Positions 34,748 through 45,797 of a stretch of DNA of 64,000 bases are shown here, piece by piece (positions within the stretch are counted from its first letter, which is position 1; every line of letters starts with the position of its first letter). Under the pieces are notes generated by a model, which saw only the letters and a program-made list of their open reading frames with translations, searched no databases and was not told the origin of the DNA. Source of the DNA: Methanomassiliicoccaceae archaeon (GTDB taxonomy: Archaea > Thermoplasmatota > Thermoplasmata > Methanomassiliicoccales > Methanomassiliicoccaceae); the NCBI GenBank assembly GCA_963728405.1, contig CAVSJV010000002.1, positions 160,001-224,000 on the forward strand. The letters are read 5' to 3'. Position numbers and translations under genes: made by a program.

Positions 34748-36826
34748 TCGGGCTGAAGGAGCCGGGCAAAGGTCTCCGGATCGGCCGTTTCCGGCAGACA
34801 GGCCCGGTCGGAACAGACATGGGCCATGGCCTTTCCATCCTTCATCGCCTGCCCCTGCACCAAGGGGGATAGCTCCTTTATCCCCTCCCCCTTCTCGCCC
34901 GGCTCCACCAGCAGGGTGACCTTGTTGGGCACGAAGCGCGGACCAAGCTCCTTGAAGAAGCGGTGGGTATCCTCCCCGTCCCTCATCCCGGCGATTACGA
35001 TGGAATAGGAAGGCCCTACCTTGAGGTCCACCGCATTGAGGAACTGGGCGTAGTTGTCAGGGGAACGGAAGATGGTGCCCGAGAAGGCGGTGACCATGGT
35101 CTCGGCCCGTTCGATCAGATCGGGGTCTTCGATGATGCGGAATAGCAGAAGGAGATCCAATAGGGCTATGGAATTGCCCGATGGCAGGGCCCCGTCGTAG
35201 ATGTCCTTTCGCCGGCGGACCACGTCCATAGCATTTTCCTCGGTCTGGAAATAACCTCCATTCTGGGAGTCCCAGAACCGTTCGTTCATCGAACGGACCA
35301 GACCTCTGGTCTCCCTCAACCATCGGATGTCATGATCTGCCTGGAACAGCTCGAGAAGCCCCCACGCCATGAACGCCTGATCGTCCAGGAAACCCGGCAC
35401 TGCCGATGGACCGTCTTTATAGACGTGAAGCAGGGGGCCGTTCGTTGAGCGCATGTTGCCCAGGATGAAAGATGCCGCTTTCTTCGCTGCATCAACATAC
35501 CTTGGCTCGAGAAGGGCCCCTCCCGCTCGGGACAGTGCGGCGATCATGAGGCCGTTCCAATCGGTCATGATCTTATCATCGAGAGCAGGGGGTGTTCTTC
35601 CTTCCCGCGCCGAGAGCATCTTCTTCATGGCCCCCTCCAGCAGCTCATCGGGCCTCGTGTTCTGCCCCGTCAGGTGCAGCACATTCTTGCCCACGAGGTG
35701 GCCGTGCTCACCTTCGCGGACGTTCCCTTCCTCGCTGAGCCCCAGCTCCCGCTGCACGACAGCGAGCTCCTCCGGTTCCAGGACCTTCCGGGCCTCTTCC
35801 TCGGTCCAGAAATAATACATGCCCTCTTCGTCTTCGCTATCAGCGTCCAGGGCGGAGTAGAACCCTCCCTGGGGCGAGGTCATGTTCTCCAGCACGTAAT
35901 CCAGCACCTCCCGGACGGTCCGGGCATGCTCTTGGTTCCCGGTGGCCTGCCAGCCTTCGACGTAGGCGATGACCAGCAGTGCCTGGTCGTACAGCATCTT
36001 CTCGAAGTGGGGGACCAACCACCTTTGATCAGTGGAATAGCGATGGAATCCCTTTCCCAGCTGATCGAATAGCCCTCCCCGCCTCATGGCCTGAAGGGTC
36101 TGGTCGGCCATCCACAATGCCTTACTGTCGCCGACCCGATTCCAAAAGCGTAGCAATAATGTTAGACGGTGGGGGGTGGGGAACTTCGGAGCGGTCCCGA
36201 ATCCCCCATACTCCTCGTCGAAGCTTTCCATCATATGCTGGAACGCGTCCATTAGAGTTTCTTCTCCCAGCCCTCCGCCCGCGGACGATGCCTCCAGCTC
36301 GTTCAACGCCGATTGTACCTTCTCTGAGGTGGCCTCGATCTCACCTCTTCTGTTCTTCCAGAAGTCCGCCACCACATGTAGGAAATTGGTTAGCCCGATC
36401 ATCCCGAACTTAGGCTCCTTAGGGATGTACAGTTGCAGCAAAGAATGGTTTCTTGTCCGGAGTGAGGACCAGGGTCAACGGCCACCCTCCACTCCCGGAG
36501 AGCACCTGGGCTGCGCTCATGTATGTGGCGTCAATGTCAGGCCGCTCCTCCCGGTCGACCTTGACCGGCACGAAATGCTCGTTAAGAAGGCGGGCCACCT
36601 CCTCATCCTCGAACGATTCCCGCTCCATTACATGGCACCAGTGGCAGGAGGAATAGCCTATCGACAGGAAGATGGGTTTGTCCTCGTCCTTGGAACGTTG
36701 GAAGGCTTCCTCTCCCCAAGGGTACCAATCAACGGGGTTATGGGCGTGCTGGCGCAGGTATGGGCTCTTCTCGTTGAGTAATCTATTCGCCTTCCTCTCG
36801 TCCTTATCCATGGCCTGTTCTTTCAT
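34744..36826 (-). CDS. yyaL: Thioredoxin-domain protein YyaL/SSP411 (DUF255), frameshift near 36430
   Basis: [69 protein letters not shown]. Confidence 0.9.
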
Positions 36827-37100
36827 GGGCACCCCTCCGATTATCGAAGCGAGGGTATATCAACAAAGGCCGATGAAGCAGCGGAAACCCAAAAACGTAA
36901 GTAGGGGCTCCGAGCGCCAGATATCCACGCTCGGCCCCAGTTGGTTTCTCCTCCTGTGGTGATCGAGAGGGTAAGCCTCTCGTTCCCCTATACCTCGTTC
37001 GGTACGCTTGATGATATTTCAGACCAGAATATATAACGGTATCCATCAATTGTTAATCGAAAAAGAAAAGGAAAGGGGTTTATAACTGGCGGGGGAGCGT

Positions 37101-38717
37101 CTACTCCCAGCACTCAAGGATGCCGGGGATGGTGCGGTTGGCCATCTGGTCGAAGGTTTCGATACCAGTGACCTTGTTGGCGTATTCCGATAGAGAGGCG
37201 ATATCATCTCTCTCTAGCATCTCCAGTTTGAACTTGCGGGAGCCGGCCATCAGCTGCTTCAGGCCCTCACCGATGCGCTCTTCCATGTAAGTGTTCAGAC
37301 CTACTGCGCCCCACGGAATGTCCTTGCCCAGCTTCTTTTTGGGAAACTTCTTCTGGATCTCCGAAGCCTTCACAAAGAAGTTGGACGGGTCCGAAGAATA
37401 CTCGTCGGAGAAGGACTTGGGCAGCTTGCCATTCTCAGCCAGGCGGGCGAAGTACTGGGACTTCATGACTGCCAAGATGGGGGCCCTGGCCATTGCCACG
37501 GCTTTTATCAGGGGGCCGTCGCCAAGGTTGCTCATAGCGATGGACTTGTAGATCTGCGTCTCATTGGTGAACCCGCCGGCGAACACCAGATCAGGGATGA
37601 AGCGACCCTGGGCCTTGAGGATCTTGGCGCACATCAGCACCTCCGCCTCCAGGTGGACGGTCGGGGTGGACATCTCGTTCATCATGGGTACCGGGGACAT
37701 ACCCGTACCGCCGCCTGCGCCATCGAAGGTGAGCATATCGATCTTGGCCTCGGAAGCGGCCTTCATGGTGAATGCTACTACCTCCGGGCGGTATGCACCG
37801 GTCTTGAGGAACACGTACTTGGCACCGGCCTTCCTGAGATTCTCTACATCCTCAACGAAGGACTTGCGCTCCGGGAATCCTACCCGGCTGTGCCTCTCGA
37901 ATGTCTTGAACGCTCCAACCTTGAAAGCCGCCTTGACCGCAGGGTCCTCAGGATCAGGGAGGACCAGATAGCCACGCTTCTTAAGTTCGATGGCCCGTTC
38001 GAGGGTCTTGAGCCTGACCTCGCCGCCGATGGCCTTGGCTCCCTGGCCCCACTTGCGCTCGATGATATTGACCTCTAGCTTGGACAGCACGTACTGATCA
38101 ACGCCGCCCCGCTGGTCCTCCACGTTGGTCTGGACCGCGATGTCGCCGTACTTACCGTCCCACAGCTCGCGGAAGAGAGCGATCCTCCTTTCCATGTCCG
38201 GGGACCTGGTAACCTTTCCCTTACTGTACGTCGAATCGGGGTCCATGCCGCAGACATTCTCACCGATGGTCTCGATGATGCCCGAGAGGGCGGCGCCCTT
38301 GGCCAATCCGTCCCAGTTCCTCTTCGCCACATCAGTAGAGCCCAGGCCAGCGATGACCAGGGGAACCTTCAGGCGGATGGGCTTCTTGGAACGGGTGGCC
38401 ACAGTGGTGGTCACATCAGCGTTCTCGAAGAAGGCCGTGTCAGGGTTGGCCTCAATGCCATAGGCACCAATGAGCTCGGCCAGGATCTGGAAATGGGACC
38501 AGTCCAGCTTAAAATCCTTGTTGGAAGCTGCTGTGCTTTGCCCGAAGTACTCGTTGCTGGGGTACAGCACTTCTCTCCCACGGAATGCGGACTTACCGAC
38601 CTCGCATACCACGGGGCATTCCTCTATGCATAGGGGACACATTCCGGAGACCGGACTGATGTCCTCTACTCTCGTTCTAGTTCCAGTAGTAGACCTTGCG
38701 TTCTCTATCGAAATCAT
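37101..38717 (-). CDS. FMN-binding glutamate synthase-related protein
   Basis: Cys cluster CPLCIEEC..C, KWGQGAKAIGGEV, KTGAY, DGAGGGTGMSP, FAGGF. Confidence 0.8.
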   Translation of the reverse strand: MISIENARSTTGTRTRVEDISPVSGMCPLCIEECPVVCEVGKSAFRGREVLYPSNEYFGQSTAASNKDFKLDWSHFQILAELIGAYGIEANPDTAFFENADVTTTVATRSKKPIRLKVPLVIAGLGSTDVAKRNWDGLAKGAALSGIIETIGENVCGMDPDSTYSKGKVTRSPDMERRIALFRELWDGKYGDIAVQTNVEDQRGGVDQYVLSKLEVNIIERKWGQGAKAIGGEVRLKTLERAIELKKRGYLVLPDPEDPAVKAAFKVGAFKTFERHSRVGFPERKSFVEDVENLRKAGAKYVFLKTGAYRPEVVAFTMKAASEAKIDMLTFDGAGGGTGMSPVPMMNEMSTPTVHLEAEVLMCAKILKAQGRFIPDLVFAGGFTNETQIYKSIAMSNLGDGPLIKAVAMARAPILAVMKSQYFARLAENGKLPKSFSDEYSSDPSNFFVKASEIQKKFPKKKLGKDIPWGAVGLNTYMEERIGEGLKQLMAGSRKFKLEMLERDDIASLSEYANKVTGIETFDQMANRTIPGILECWE

Positions 38718-39098
38718 AGCATCATCCTCGAATCCATAAAATCCGTGATTGCTGCTGCTAAAAGGGGGTAACGCAGACGACTTTATAATTTTATATCTCG
38801 GCGGATTACTTATATATTGTATTAATATATTGTAAAATCAGGCACTTATGATCGGATTACTTTGCTTTTACTTAGACATTATAAGGCATTTAACCAATAT
38901 GCCTAGTCTAATCGCTATATTTTTCGCTTAGACGAACCGAGGGTAATTCTTTCACAATCTGACCCAAGTGTCCAAGAAAATCAATATTTTCCAACGAATG
39001 TCAAAAACACTCTAGAATTACTTTCGAACAAATCATCCAAAATCGTATTAATGCGATACCTCATCGACCGATCCTATCGCGGTAGGTGAGTTGGAAAG

Positions 39099-40029
39099 AT
39101 GCGGGTCATCGAGATCAATAATCTCAGCAGGTCGTTCGACGGTCGTTTGGTCCTCAACAATGTCTCCTTTAACGTGGAGGAAGGCGAGGTGTTCGGCTAT
39201 CTTGGACCCAATGGGGCCGGTAAGACCACCACCATGCGGATTCTTCTCGGCCTTATCCGCCCGACCACTGGCACCGCCCTGGTTCGAGGGGCGGACCTGG
39301 CCACGAACGACGAGGCCCGCGGCTCGGTCGGGGTGCTCATGGAGAATGATGGCCTATATGACCGGATCTCGGCTTGGGAGAACTTAGACTATTACGGAAA
39401 ATTGTACCAGGTCAAAGATAGGGAGAGGAGAATAGCAGAGCTTCTCGATACCTTTGGACTGGTCGATAGAAGGAACGATAGGGTCTTCACGTTTCTCAAA
39501 AGGGATGAGACGGAAGTTGGGTATCGCCCGGGCCATTATCCACGACCCTGAGATCCTGTTTCTCGACGAACCGACCTCCGGTCTCGACCCAGAGGCCCAG
39601 AAGATGGTGAGGGACATCTTGACCGACTTATCTCGCCGAGAACGAATGACCGTGCTCTTGAGCTCGCACAACCTAGATGAAGTCCAGAAGATCTGCTCGA
39701 GGGTGGCCGTCATAAAGGCCGGAGAATTGAGGGCCTGCGACACGGTGGAGAACCTTCGGGGAGGCCCTGGGACCCACACTCTGACCATCACCACGTCCAC
39801 CGATGACGAGGCCGCAAAGGCCCTCGATGCGAGCCGGAAGATCCCTCTCATCATCAGCGCGCGGGCCGATGGAACGACGATCACGATAAATCATATCGAG
39901 GAGAGCGCCTCAGCCATCATCAGCGAGCTAGTGCACGCGGGAGTGAGGGTGGAAGAGGTCAGAAAGGCGGCGCGCTCCCTTGAGGATGTATATATCGACC
40001 TGGTCAAGGAGCAGGAGGTCGGAGCATGA
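39099..40029 (+). CDS. ABC-2 exporter ATPase, frameshift near 39500
   Basis: GPNGAGKTT; FSKGMRRKL, FLDEPTSGLDP, SSHNL. Confidence 0.88.
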
Positions 40030-40739
40030 ACATTGACCACATCATGATCGTTGCCCGGAAGGAGCTAAAGGAGATTAGGATCAACAAAGGAACATGGATA
40101 TCGGCCCTCTTCTTCGCTCTCTTCTTTGCCGTTACCAATATCGGCTCGGTCACGGCGGGAGCCCAACCAGGGAAGGCCGTCTCCATCGACTGGTATGTCA
40201 TGTACCTGTCCCTTTTCATCGGCGTGTTCTCGGGATTCATGCTATGTGGGGCGGTGTTCTTCCGAGAGAAGCAGAGCGGCGTGGTAGAGACGCTCCTGTG
40301 CACTCCGCTCAGCCTCAGGTCGATCTGGTTGGGAAAGGTGCTGGGTGTGGCATTGCCATCCTACCTCTTCGCCCTATTCTCCGCGGGAGTCCTTGTCGTT
40401 CTCACAACCATGTCCGTAGGGGCGGTCGCCACGCCCTCCCTGCTGGTCATAGTCCATCTCATCGTCGTGACCCCCTTATTCATAGCCGCCTCGGTCGGGA
40501 TCATAGGTTATATCCAGTTGGCCATGGGGATGAGGGAGAATCGGATCGTGAGCATGGGCATATTCATACTGCTGATCGCCGGTCTGTCCATATCGACAGG
40601 CGTGGTCCAAGGGGATGCTTCCCTGGTTAACACGGTCGTCGTGTCCTTGTTAGCGGCCGCGGTCCTATTGTTCTCTCTGTCCTTCCTGTTGTCGAAGAGA
40701 TTGAACAAGGAGAAGATCGTGACATCCATCCCAGATTGA
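40026..40739 (+). CDS. ABC-2 permease
   Basis: ARKELKE, REKQSGVVETLLCTP, IWLGK; about 6 TM. Confidence 0.85.
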   Translation: MNIDHIMIVARKELKEIRINKGTWISALFFALFFAVTNIGSVTAGAQPGKAVSIDWYVMYLSLFIGVFSGFMLCGAVFFREKQSGVVETLLCTPLSLRSIWLGKVLGVALPSYLFALFSAGVLVVLTTMSVGAVATPSLLVIVHLIVVTPLFIAASVGIIGYIQLAMGMRENRIVSMGIFILLIAGLSISTGVVQGDASLVNTVVVSLLAAAVLLFSLSFLLSKRLNKEKIVTSIPD

Positions 40740-40800
40740 TCTGTTCATGGAAAAATATTTTATTCTAACATTACATATAAACCTCAAAGGGAGGAAAACG

Positions 40801-41070
40801 ATGGTTGATATTAAAGAGGAAAATGGGAAGAGTACTACGACGCTGGTGATAGAGACGATCGCAGCGCTCATGACCGCAGCGTTCGCTTTCGTGGCCGCTT
40901 TAGCCTGGAACACGGCAATCCAAGCTGCGATAGCGCAGGTGTTCCCTAATCCGAACGATCTGACCGGACAGTTCGTTTACGCCATTATCGTCACGATAAT
41001 AGCTGTGGTGGCGATCATCTACATCGGTAGGGTCTTGGCAAAACACAAGGCCAGAGATGCCAAGAAATAA
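40801..41070 (+). CDS. Small two-TM protein (DUF5654-like)
   Basis: LMTAAFAFVAALAWNTAIQ..YAIIVTIIAV. Confidence 0.75.
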   Translation: MVDIKEENGKSTTTLVIETIAALMTAAFAFVAALAWNTAIQAAIAQVFPNPNDLTGQFVYAIIVTIIAVVAIIYIGRVLAKHKARDAKK

Positions 41071-41179
41071 TCCGGTCCTAGACCTGAAAACTCTCCTTCC
41101 ATCAACTTTTTTTCATATCGTTAGACTTCAGAAGAGTTTATATCATTTTTCAGGATTTGACCGCCACACGGGTGAGACG

Positions 41180-42139
41180 ATGGGAGACAACAGGGACCTT
41201 TCTGGTTGGAATAAGACGAAGGAAGTTCTCAGGATCGCCTATACGTTGCCGTTCGTGATGGCATCCGTAGTGGGGGTCGTCTTCGCCCTGACTGTGAAAC
41301 AAGAGTGGCTCATATCTCTGCTCATTCCTCTGGACGTCTTCTTCCTAGCGCTCTTCGTCAACTTCTCCAATGATTATTTCGATCACAAGAGCGGCGTTGA
41401 CAAGCTCAGGTTTGCCGAGCACAGCGACCCGGAATTCCAGGCCGAAGTTAGTCAACTTTTCAACCAGAAGGTCTTCTGGTCGGGCAATTCGCTCGACCGG
41501 GGGATAATCACGGAGAAGCAGGGCAAGACACTAATGGCTCTCCTGGCCATTGGCGCAGTTCTGGTTTCTATACCGATCGTCCTCTATGCTGGTTGGGTCG
41601 CCATAATCCTCGGCCTGATCGGCCTGGCCCTGGCCTTCTTCTACACCGCCCCGCCGATAAATCTAGGAGCCCGGGGGCTCGGCGAGGTGGATGTTTTCAT
41701 ATCGTTCTCCATGATGGCCTTCTTCTCTTACTTTGTCATCGTTCAGCAGTTCAGCTGGACGATGCTGTTTCTTGCCCTGGCCATAGGATGCGCGGTCATG
41801 CTAATGCGTCTCTCGGACGAGACTCCCGGTTATGCGTCACATAAGAAGATGGGGGAGAGGGACCTCGTTGTCCGGTTCGGTCTGGAAAAGATATCGACCA
41901 TCGAGATGGCCATCATCATACTGCTTTACGTGTTCGTCGCCCTGGCAGCATTGACCGAACCCTTCATGGTCATCCTCTTCCTGACCCTACCTATGCCGAT
42001 CAAGGCGTTGAGGATGCTGAAGACCAACGATCGGCTCCGATTTTGGAGGCCCATACCTCAATTCCTGAAGCTTGCCGTTGCCATCGAGCTGCTGGCCATC
42101 ATCGCTTTGATAGCGCGAACCGTCTGGACATCTTTGTGA
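41180..42139 (+). CDS. UbiA/MenA-family prenyltransferase
   Basis: NDYFDHKSGVD, FFYTAPP..RGLGE; multiple TM segments. Confidence 0.82.
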   Translation: MGDNRDLSGWNKTKEVLRIAYTLPFVMASVVGVVFALTVKQEWLISLLIPLDVFFLALFVNFSNDYFDHKSGVDKLRFAEHSDPEFQAEVSQLFNQKVFWSGNSLDRGIITEKQGKTLMALLAIGAVLVSIPIVLYAGWVAIILGLIGLALAFFYTAPPINLGARGLGEVDVFISFSMMAFFSYFVIVQQFSWTMLFLALAIGCAVMLMRLSDETPGYASHKKMGERDLVVRFGLEKISTIEMAIIILLYVFVALAALTEPFMVILFLTLPMPIKALRMLKTNDRLRFWRPIPQFLKLAVAIELLAIIALIARTVWTSL

Positions 42140-43028
42140 TGGTCTCGATGTTCCCGGCGACGATGAGCCGGTACTCCCGCACCGCATCGAAGCCGCACTG
42201 CTTGCAGGATTCGGTACCCTTCATGGGGCACCCATTGACCTGAGTGCCATCGGGCAAGGTGAACGAAGAAACCCAATATGGGCATTTCTGCGAGTAGTCC
42301 TCGATGAGCAGCTCCTTCAGCGCCCTTTCGGTGTTGAGGATCGGCAACTTCTCCTTCCGCCACTTCAAGGCGTCGCTCACCACTTGGACCTTCTCCTCGT
42401 GGCTGAGGGCGATCTCGTACGGTGGAGGGGTCAAGAAGTTGAGCATGAGGCCCCGGATATGCTTGTTGCCCTTGGCGACCTCGGCAGTCTCCTTGATAAC
42501 ATCGAGGTTGGGCTTCATCACCACCATGTTGGCAAAGATGTTGGGGTGGGTGGTATTTTCAAGGTTCTGCATCAGCAGATCATAGGTGCCCGGTCCACGG
42601 ATGCTGTCATGTACCCGCTTTGGTCCGTCCAGGCTTATCGACAGAACATCGCTCTCCTCGAATATCCTACCCGTACCATTGGTGGTGTATCCTATCACAT
42701 AGTAACCGATCCGGCGGCCTTCGGCGATCAGGTCTAGAAGGCCCTTGTCACCGTCCTTCCAGATAGTTGGCTCACCTCCTTCGAAGAACAATATCTTCGC
42801 TCCTTTGCGGTATTCCTCGGCCATATGCTCGGAAGCGTCCTTGAAGCTCATTGAATGGGCCCCGGGCAGTTTGTCATAATTGGCTGCAATCGAACAGTGC
42901 TGGCACTTGAGATTGCATGCATAATGGATGATCATGGTATTGACCAGCGGCCTCTTTATGCCGAACTTGGCACGCAGGAACCAGCTGGCGTAGTACGAGT
43001 ACTGGCGTAGAGAGCTTGCTGGGGACAT
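42099..43028 (-). CDS. Radical SAM protein with C-terminal Cys cluster (SPASM/twitch-like)
   Basis: CNLKCQHC, GGEP, TTNG, SISLDG, CPYW..GCP..CKQCG. Confidence 0.88.
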   Translation of the reverse strand: MSPASSLRQYSYYASWFLRAKFGIKRPLVNTMIIHYACNLKCQHCSIAANYDKLPGAHSMSFKDASEHMAEEYRKGAKILFFEGGEPTIWKDGDKGLLDLIAEGRRIGYYVIGYTTNGTGRIFEESDVLSISLDGPKRVHDSIRGPGTYDLLMQNLENTTHPNIFANMVVMKPNLDVIKETAEVAKGNKHIRGLMLNFLTPPPYEIALSHEEKVQVVSDALKWRKEKLPILNTERALKELLIEDYSQKCPYWVSSFTLPDGTQVNGCPMKGTESCKQCGFDAVREYRLIVAGNIETITKMSRRFALSKR

Positions 43029-43060
43029 GAGCCGAATGAACATCCGGGCCGTATTTATGT

Positions 43061-44110
43061 TTAGCTAACCGATCTCCCTCTACCCATTCTCTGTAATAAC
43101 CAACGAGCTGGCAGAACTGCGGTTAAGATGATCAGTACTGGTCCGAGGATCCATCCCGCCCATAGTAGGAGGCCTAGGGCTCCGATGGTTAGCAGGGACA
43201 GCCTAGTACCGGTTCGCACCCCTTTCAGAGGTCGCTCCCTCTGCGCTATTCTCAAGACCGCCAACCCTAGCGCGAGGGGCAGGATGGCGAAAACGAGCGT
43301 CACTACCACGGCCGGCTCGGTCCCTGTCTGCGACAGTGCCCACAACATCTGATACAGGAGCGATATCCCAGAGGCGACCATCACTAGGCCAGATGCCGTG
43401 GCCAGCACCCATAGTGCATCAAGGGGTTGCATCCGCCTCCGGGATGCTGCCACCATTATCGCCAGGCCGACGATGAATGTGATGATGGCCGGCGCGAGCA
43501 CGACCATTAGGTTCTGCCCCTCCCACTGATAGATGGACAGCGCGCTGAATGGCACTAGCAGCCACTCCTCGATAGTAAAGCTCTCTCTGAGACCTACTGC
43601 TAGACCATAGTTGCCTCCAGTATCGTTCTCATAGATCGCCAGGTAATAATCGCCATCCTGAGGGGCGGAGACAGAAATCTCGCCCAGTTCATAGAACGCA
43701 CTGGGGGAGAAGGGTTCATATGATGGTCGGGGCGGGATCGCTCCCTGCACGGCCTTCACTCCTGCTCCCTCTGGGACCTGCAAATACGAGGGCACCGTAT
43801 CATTCCCTTCGATGCCGGGCCCCATCAACGCCATTGATGGTAGAAATCCAGAATCGGTCGCGGAGCGAGGGGCGGTCAGGGAGACAGTGATGTCCTCTCC
43901 CCCCTTCATGCTAAGAAGGTAGTACTGGGCTTCTCCTCCCTCGTGTAGCTGTGAATAGATGGCCCATGATTTGGTCGGATCATGTATGTCCTTGGCCTGC
44001 TCGAGGCTCTCGTTTCCCCCCGGGAACTCCGGAGCATGGGCAGAGACGGAGAGCGCCATCATTGTCACGATGAACATCGTGATGAGAGGGATAGCATATC
44101 TCCTTAGCAT
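43061..44110 (-). CDS. Hypothetical exported/membrane protein
   Basis: Signal peptide (..LSVSAH), beta-rich extracellular domain (YEPFSP, GNYGLAVG), about 4 C-terminal TM. Confidence 0.7.
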   Translation of the reverse strand: MLRRYAIPLITMFIVTMMALSVSAHAPEFPGGNESLEQAKDIHDPTKSWAIYSQLHEGGEAQYYLLSMKGGEDITVSLTAPRSATDSGFLPSMALMGPGIEGNDTVPSYLQVPEGAGVKAVQGAIPPRPSYEPFSPSAFYELGEISVSAPQDGDYYLAIYENDTGGNYGLAVGLRESFTIEEWLLVPFSALSIYQWEGQNLMVVLAPAIITFIVGLAIMVAASRRRMQPLDALWVLATASGLVMVASGISLLYQMLWALSQTGTEPAVVVTLVFAILPLALGLAVLRIAQRERPLKGVRTGTRLSLLTIGALGLLLWAGWILGPVLIILTAVLPARWLLQRMGRGRSVS

Positions 44111-44244
44111 CACCTACAGATTCACTTATCTCGGCCAATAATCCTTTGCTCAATTTTCTGTGGTCGGTCTAGGGTCGGAGCGTCGAAGGCATCTTGAAAA
44201 TGTCATTGGGCTATCGAATTTCAAAGTTACTGGTAGAGGTGGAT

Positions 44245-45349
44245 TCAGACCCAGTCACTGTCGCCGAGCACCAAGTGATACCTGAGGTCACTGGCCAATC
44301 GCTCCTTTAACGTCGCATCGGAGGTCAGCTGGCGACAGATCAGGCGCATCTCTCCTTTCGCCATGGACCGGCTGTCTTAATAGGAAACCGAGGCGGCCCA
44401 GCTCAGGCAGGAAGGGGTGATCGGTGGGCAGCCACATCTGGAGCATGTTAGCATCTTCCTGATGGCATAGCTTCACGCATCTTTTGATCAATGCGTTCAG
44501 TGAATCCTGGTCATCGGTCAAGGTGATCAGGTCCACTATGTCCATATATCTCTGGCCGGAGACCAGATAAGGCCTTAGCACCGCATATCCAGATATCTTT
44601 CCGCTCTTCCGGGATATGATGATCTTGAATATGCCGCTCTCGGGCCGCTCGTACCTCCATCGCAGGTATTTCTCGTCCCTTTGGACAATGAAATCGAAAC
44701 TATGTTCGAACTCTTTGGTCAATGTTGTAATGTCATCAGGAAAGGTGGCGACCTCTTGAACATCGACCTCTTCCATGTCTATACTCCCACGCCCCCGGAC
44801 CAATTTCATCCCTCCGTAGGCCATCTTCTTCAATGTGCCGAACTTTACACTACTGAAGAACCTGTCGGGATTGGTTATCAGCTCATATTGCCCCATCCTG
44901 ACCGACATCTCTACGAAATTGGCCTTCAAGCAGAGCTCGTAACCTGCTGGGGAGGGGATGGCGAATTCCATCTCTATTCCGCTCTCGAGGTCACGGGTGT
45001 AGAGGGCGGACATTACGCTTTCCATCAGTCCTTGGCCCCGGTTCCCGGGGTCGGTGAACAGGTCCGAGAACTGTGCGCATAGGTGAACCCTCTGGCCCAT
45101 TATCAGCTCAGTAGGCAAGCTGGCTGCATGGCTCAGGACCTTACCGTCGGTTATGGCTACGATCTCGTTGGTGAAACCGATCGGATTTTGGATGTATCGC
45201 CATTCCCAGAAATCGATGGCCGTCCCCCGATGATCATAACCCGGCCACTCGGCCGTTCGGCCTAACAATCCTACTATGCTCCCCGAGTCGCCTTTTTCGG
45301 CCGTTCTTAATTGGACAGTAACCATGCCAGGGCTTCCCGTTAGGTTCAC
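44245..45349 (-). CDS. Two-domain GNAT acetyltransferase, frameshift near 44355
   Basis: FWEWRYIQNP, TDPGNRGQGL, RDEKYLRWRY; restored C-terminus ..YHLVLGDSDWV-TGA at 44245. Confidence 0.78.
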
Positions 45350-45474
45350 TTACCGGTGAACTATGTTTCTCATACCATTATAATGTTACTGGGGTAGCCC
45401 GGACATCAATTAGCCGCTGGCCATCTGGCCGGCAGTGTATACCACACGATGGACCTGTCAAGGGAGTGGCTACA

Positions 45475-45735
45475 ATGGCCGATGAGGCCGGTTACCACTC
45501 TTTCGCCGTTCCCGCCGGCGATTATGACCTGATCATCTCCAAGGCCGGGTGCCCGACCGCACATGCGTCGGTGACCATGTTGGCGGGGGAGACCAGTTAG
45601 ATCGAGGCGATCGAACTGGCCTTGGAAAATGATACCATTGCAGGTATCGACAGCACCCAGTTGTTCATTGTCCTGCTGGATACGATCATCTCCCTGGGGC
45701 TGGTCTTTGCGGTGGCCCGTCGCCGGTGGAAGGAA
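45475..45735 (+). pseudogene. Remnant of a surface protein (carboxypeptidase-regulatory/PEGA-like domain, TM anchor, RRR)
   Basis: ADEAGYHSFAVPAGDYDLIISKAG.., in-frame TAG at 45598, then LFIVLLDTIISLGLVFAVARRR. Confidence 0.45.
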
Positions 45736-45797
45736 AACCCTCTCGCATTTTCTCTCTTTCACTCCATTTTAGATATATGGGGTTTCAAGTATTGGGC

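Noticed and set aside
38720-39095. Replication origin or NrpR operator
   Set aside because: No ORB-like boxes, no adjacent orc1/cdc6, and no exact GGAA-N6-TTCC seen.
45475-45735. Pyrrolysine-containing protein (in-frame TAG at 45598)
   Set aside because: The fragment lacks a signal peptide and N-terminal part and looks decayed; a pseudogene is more likely.
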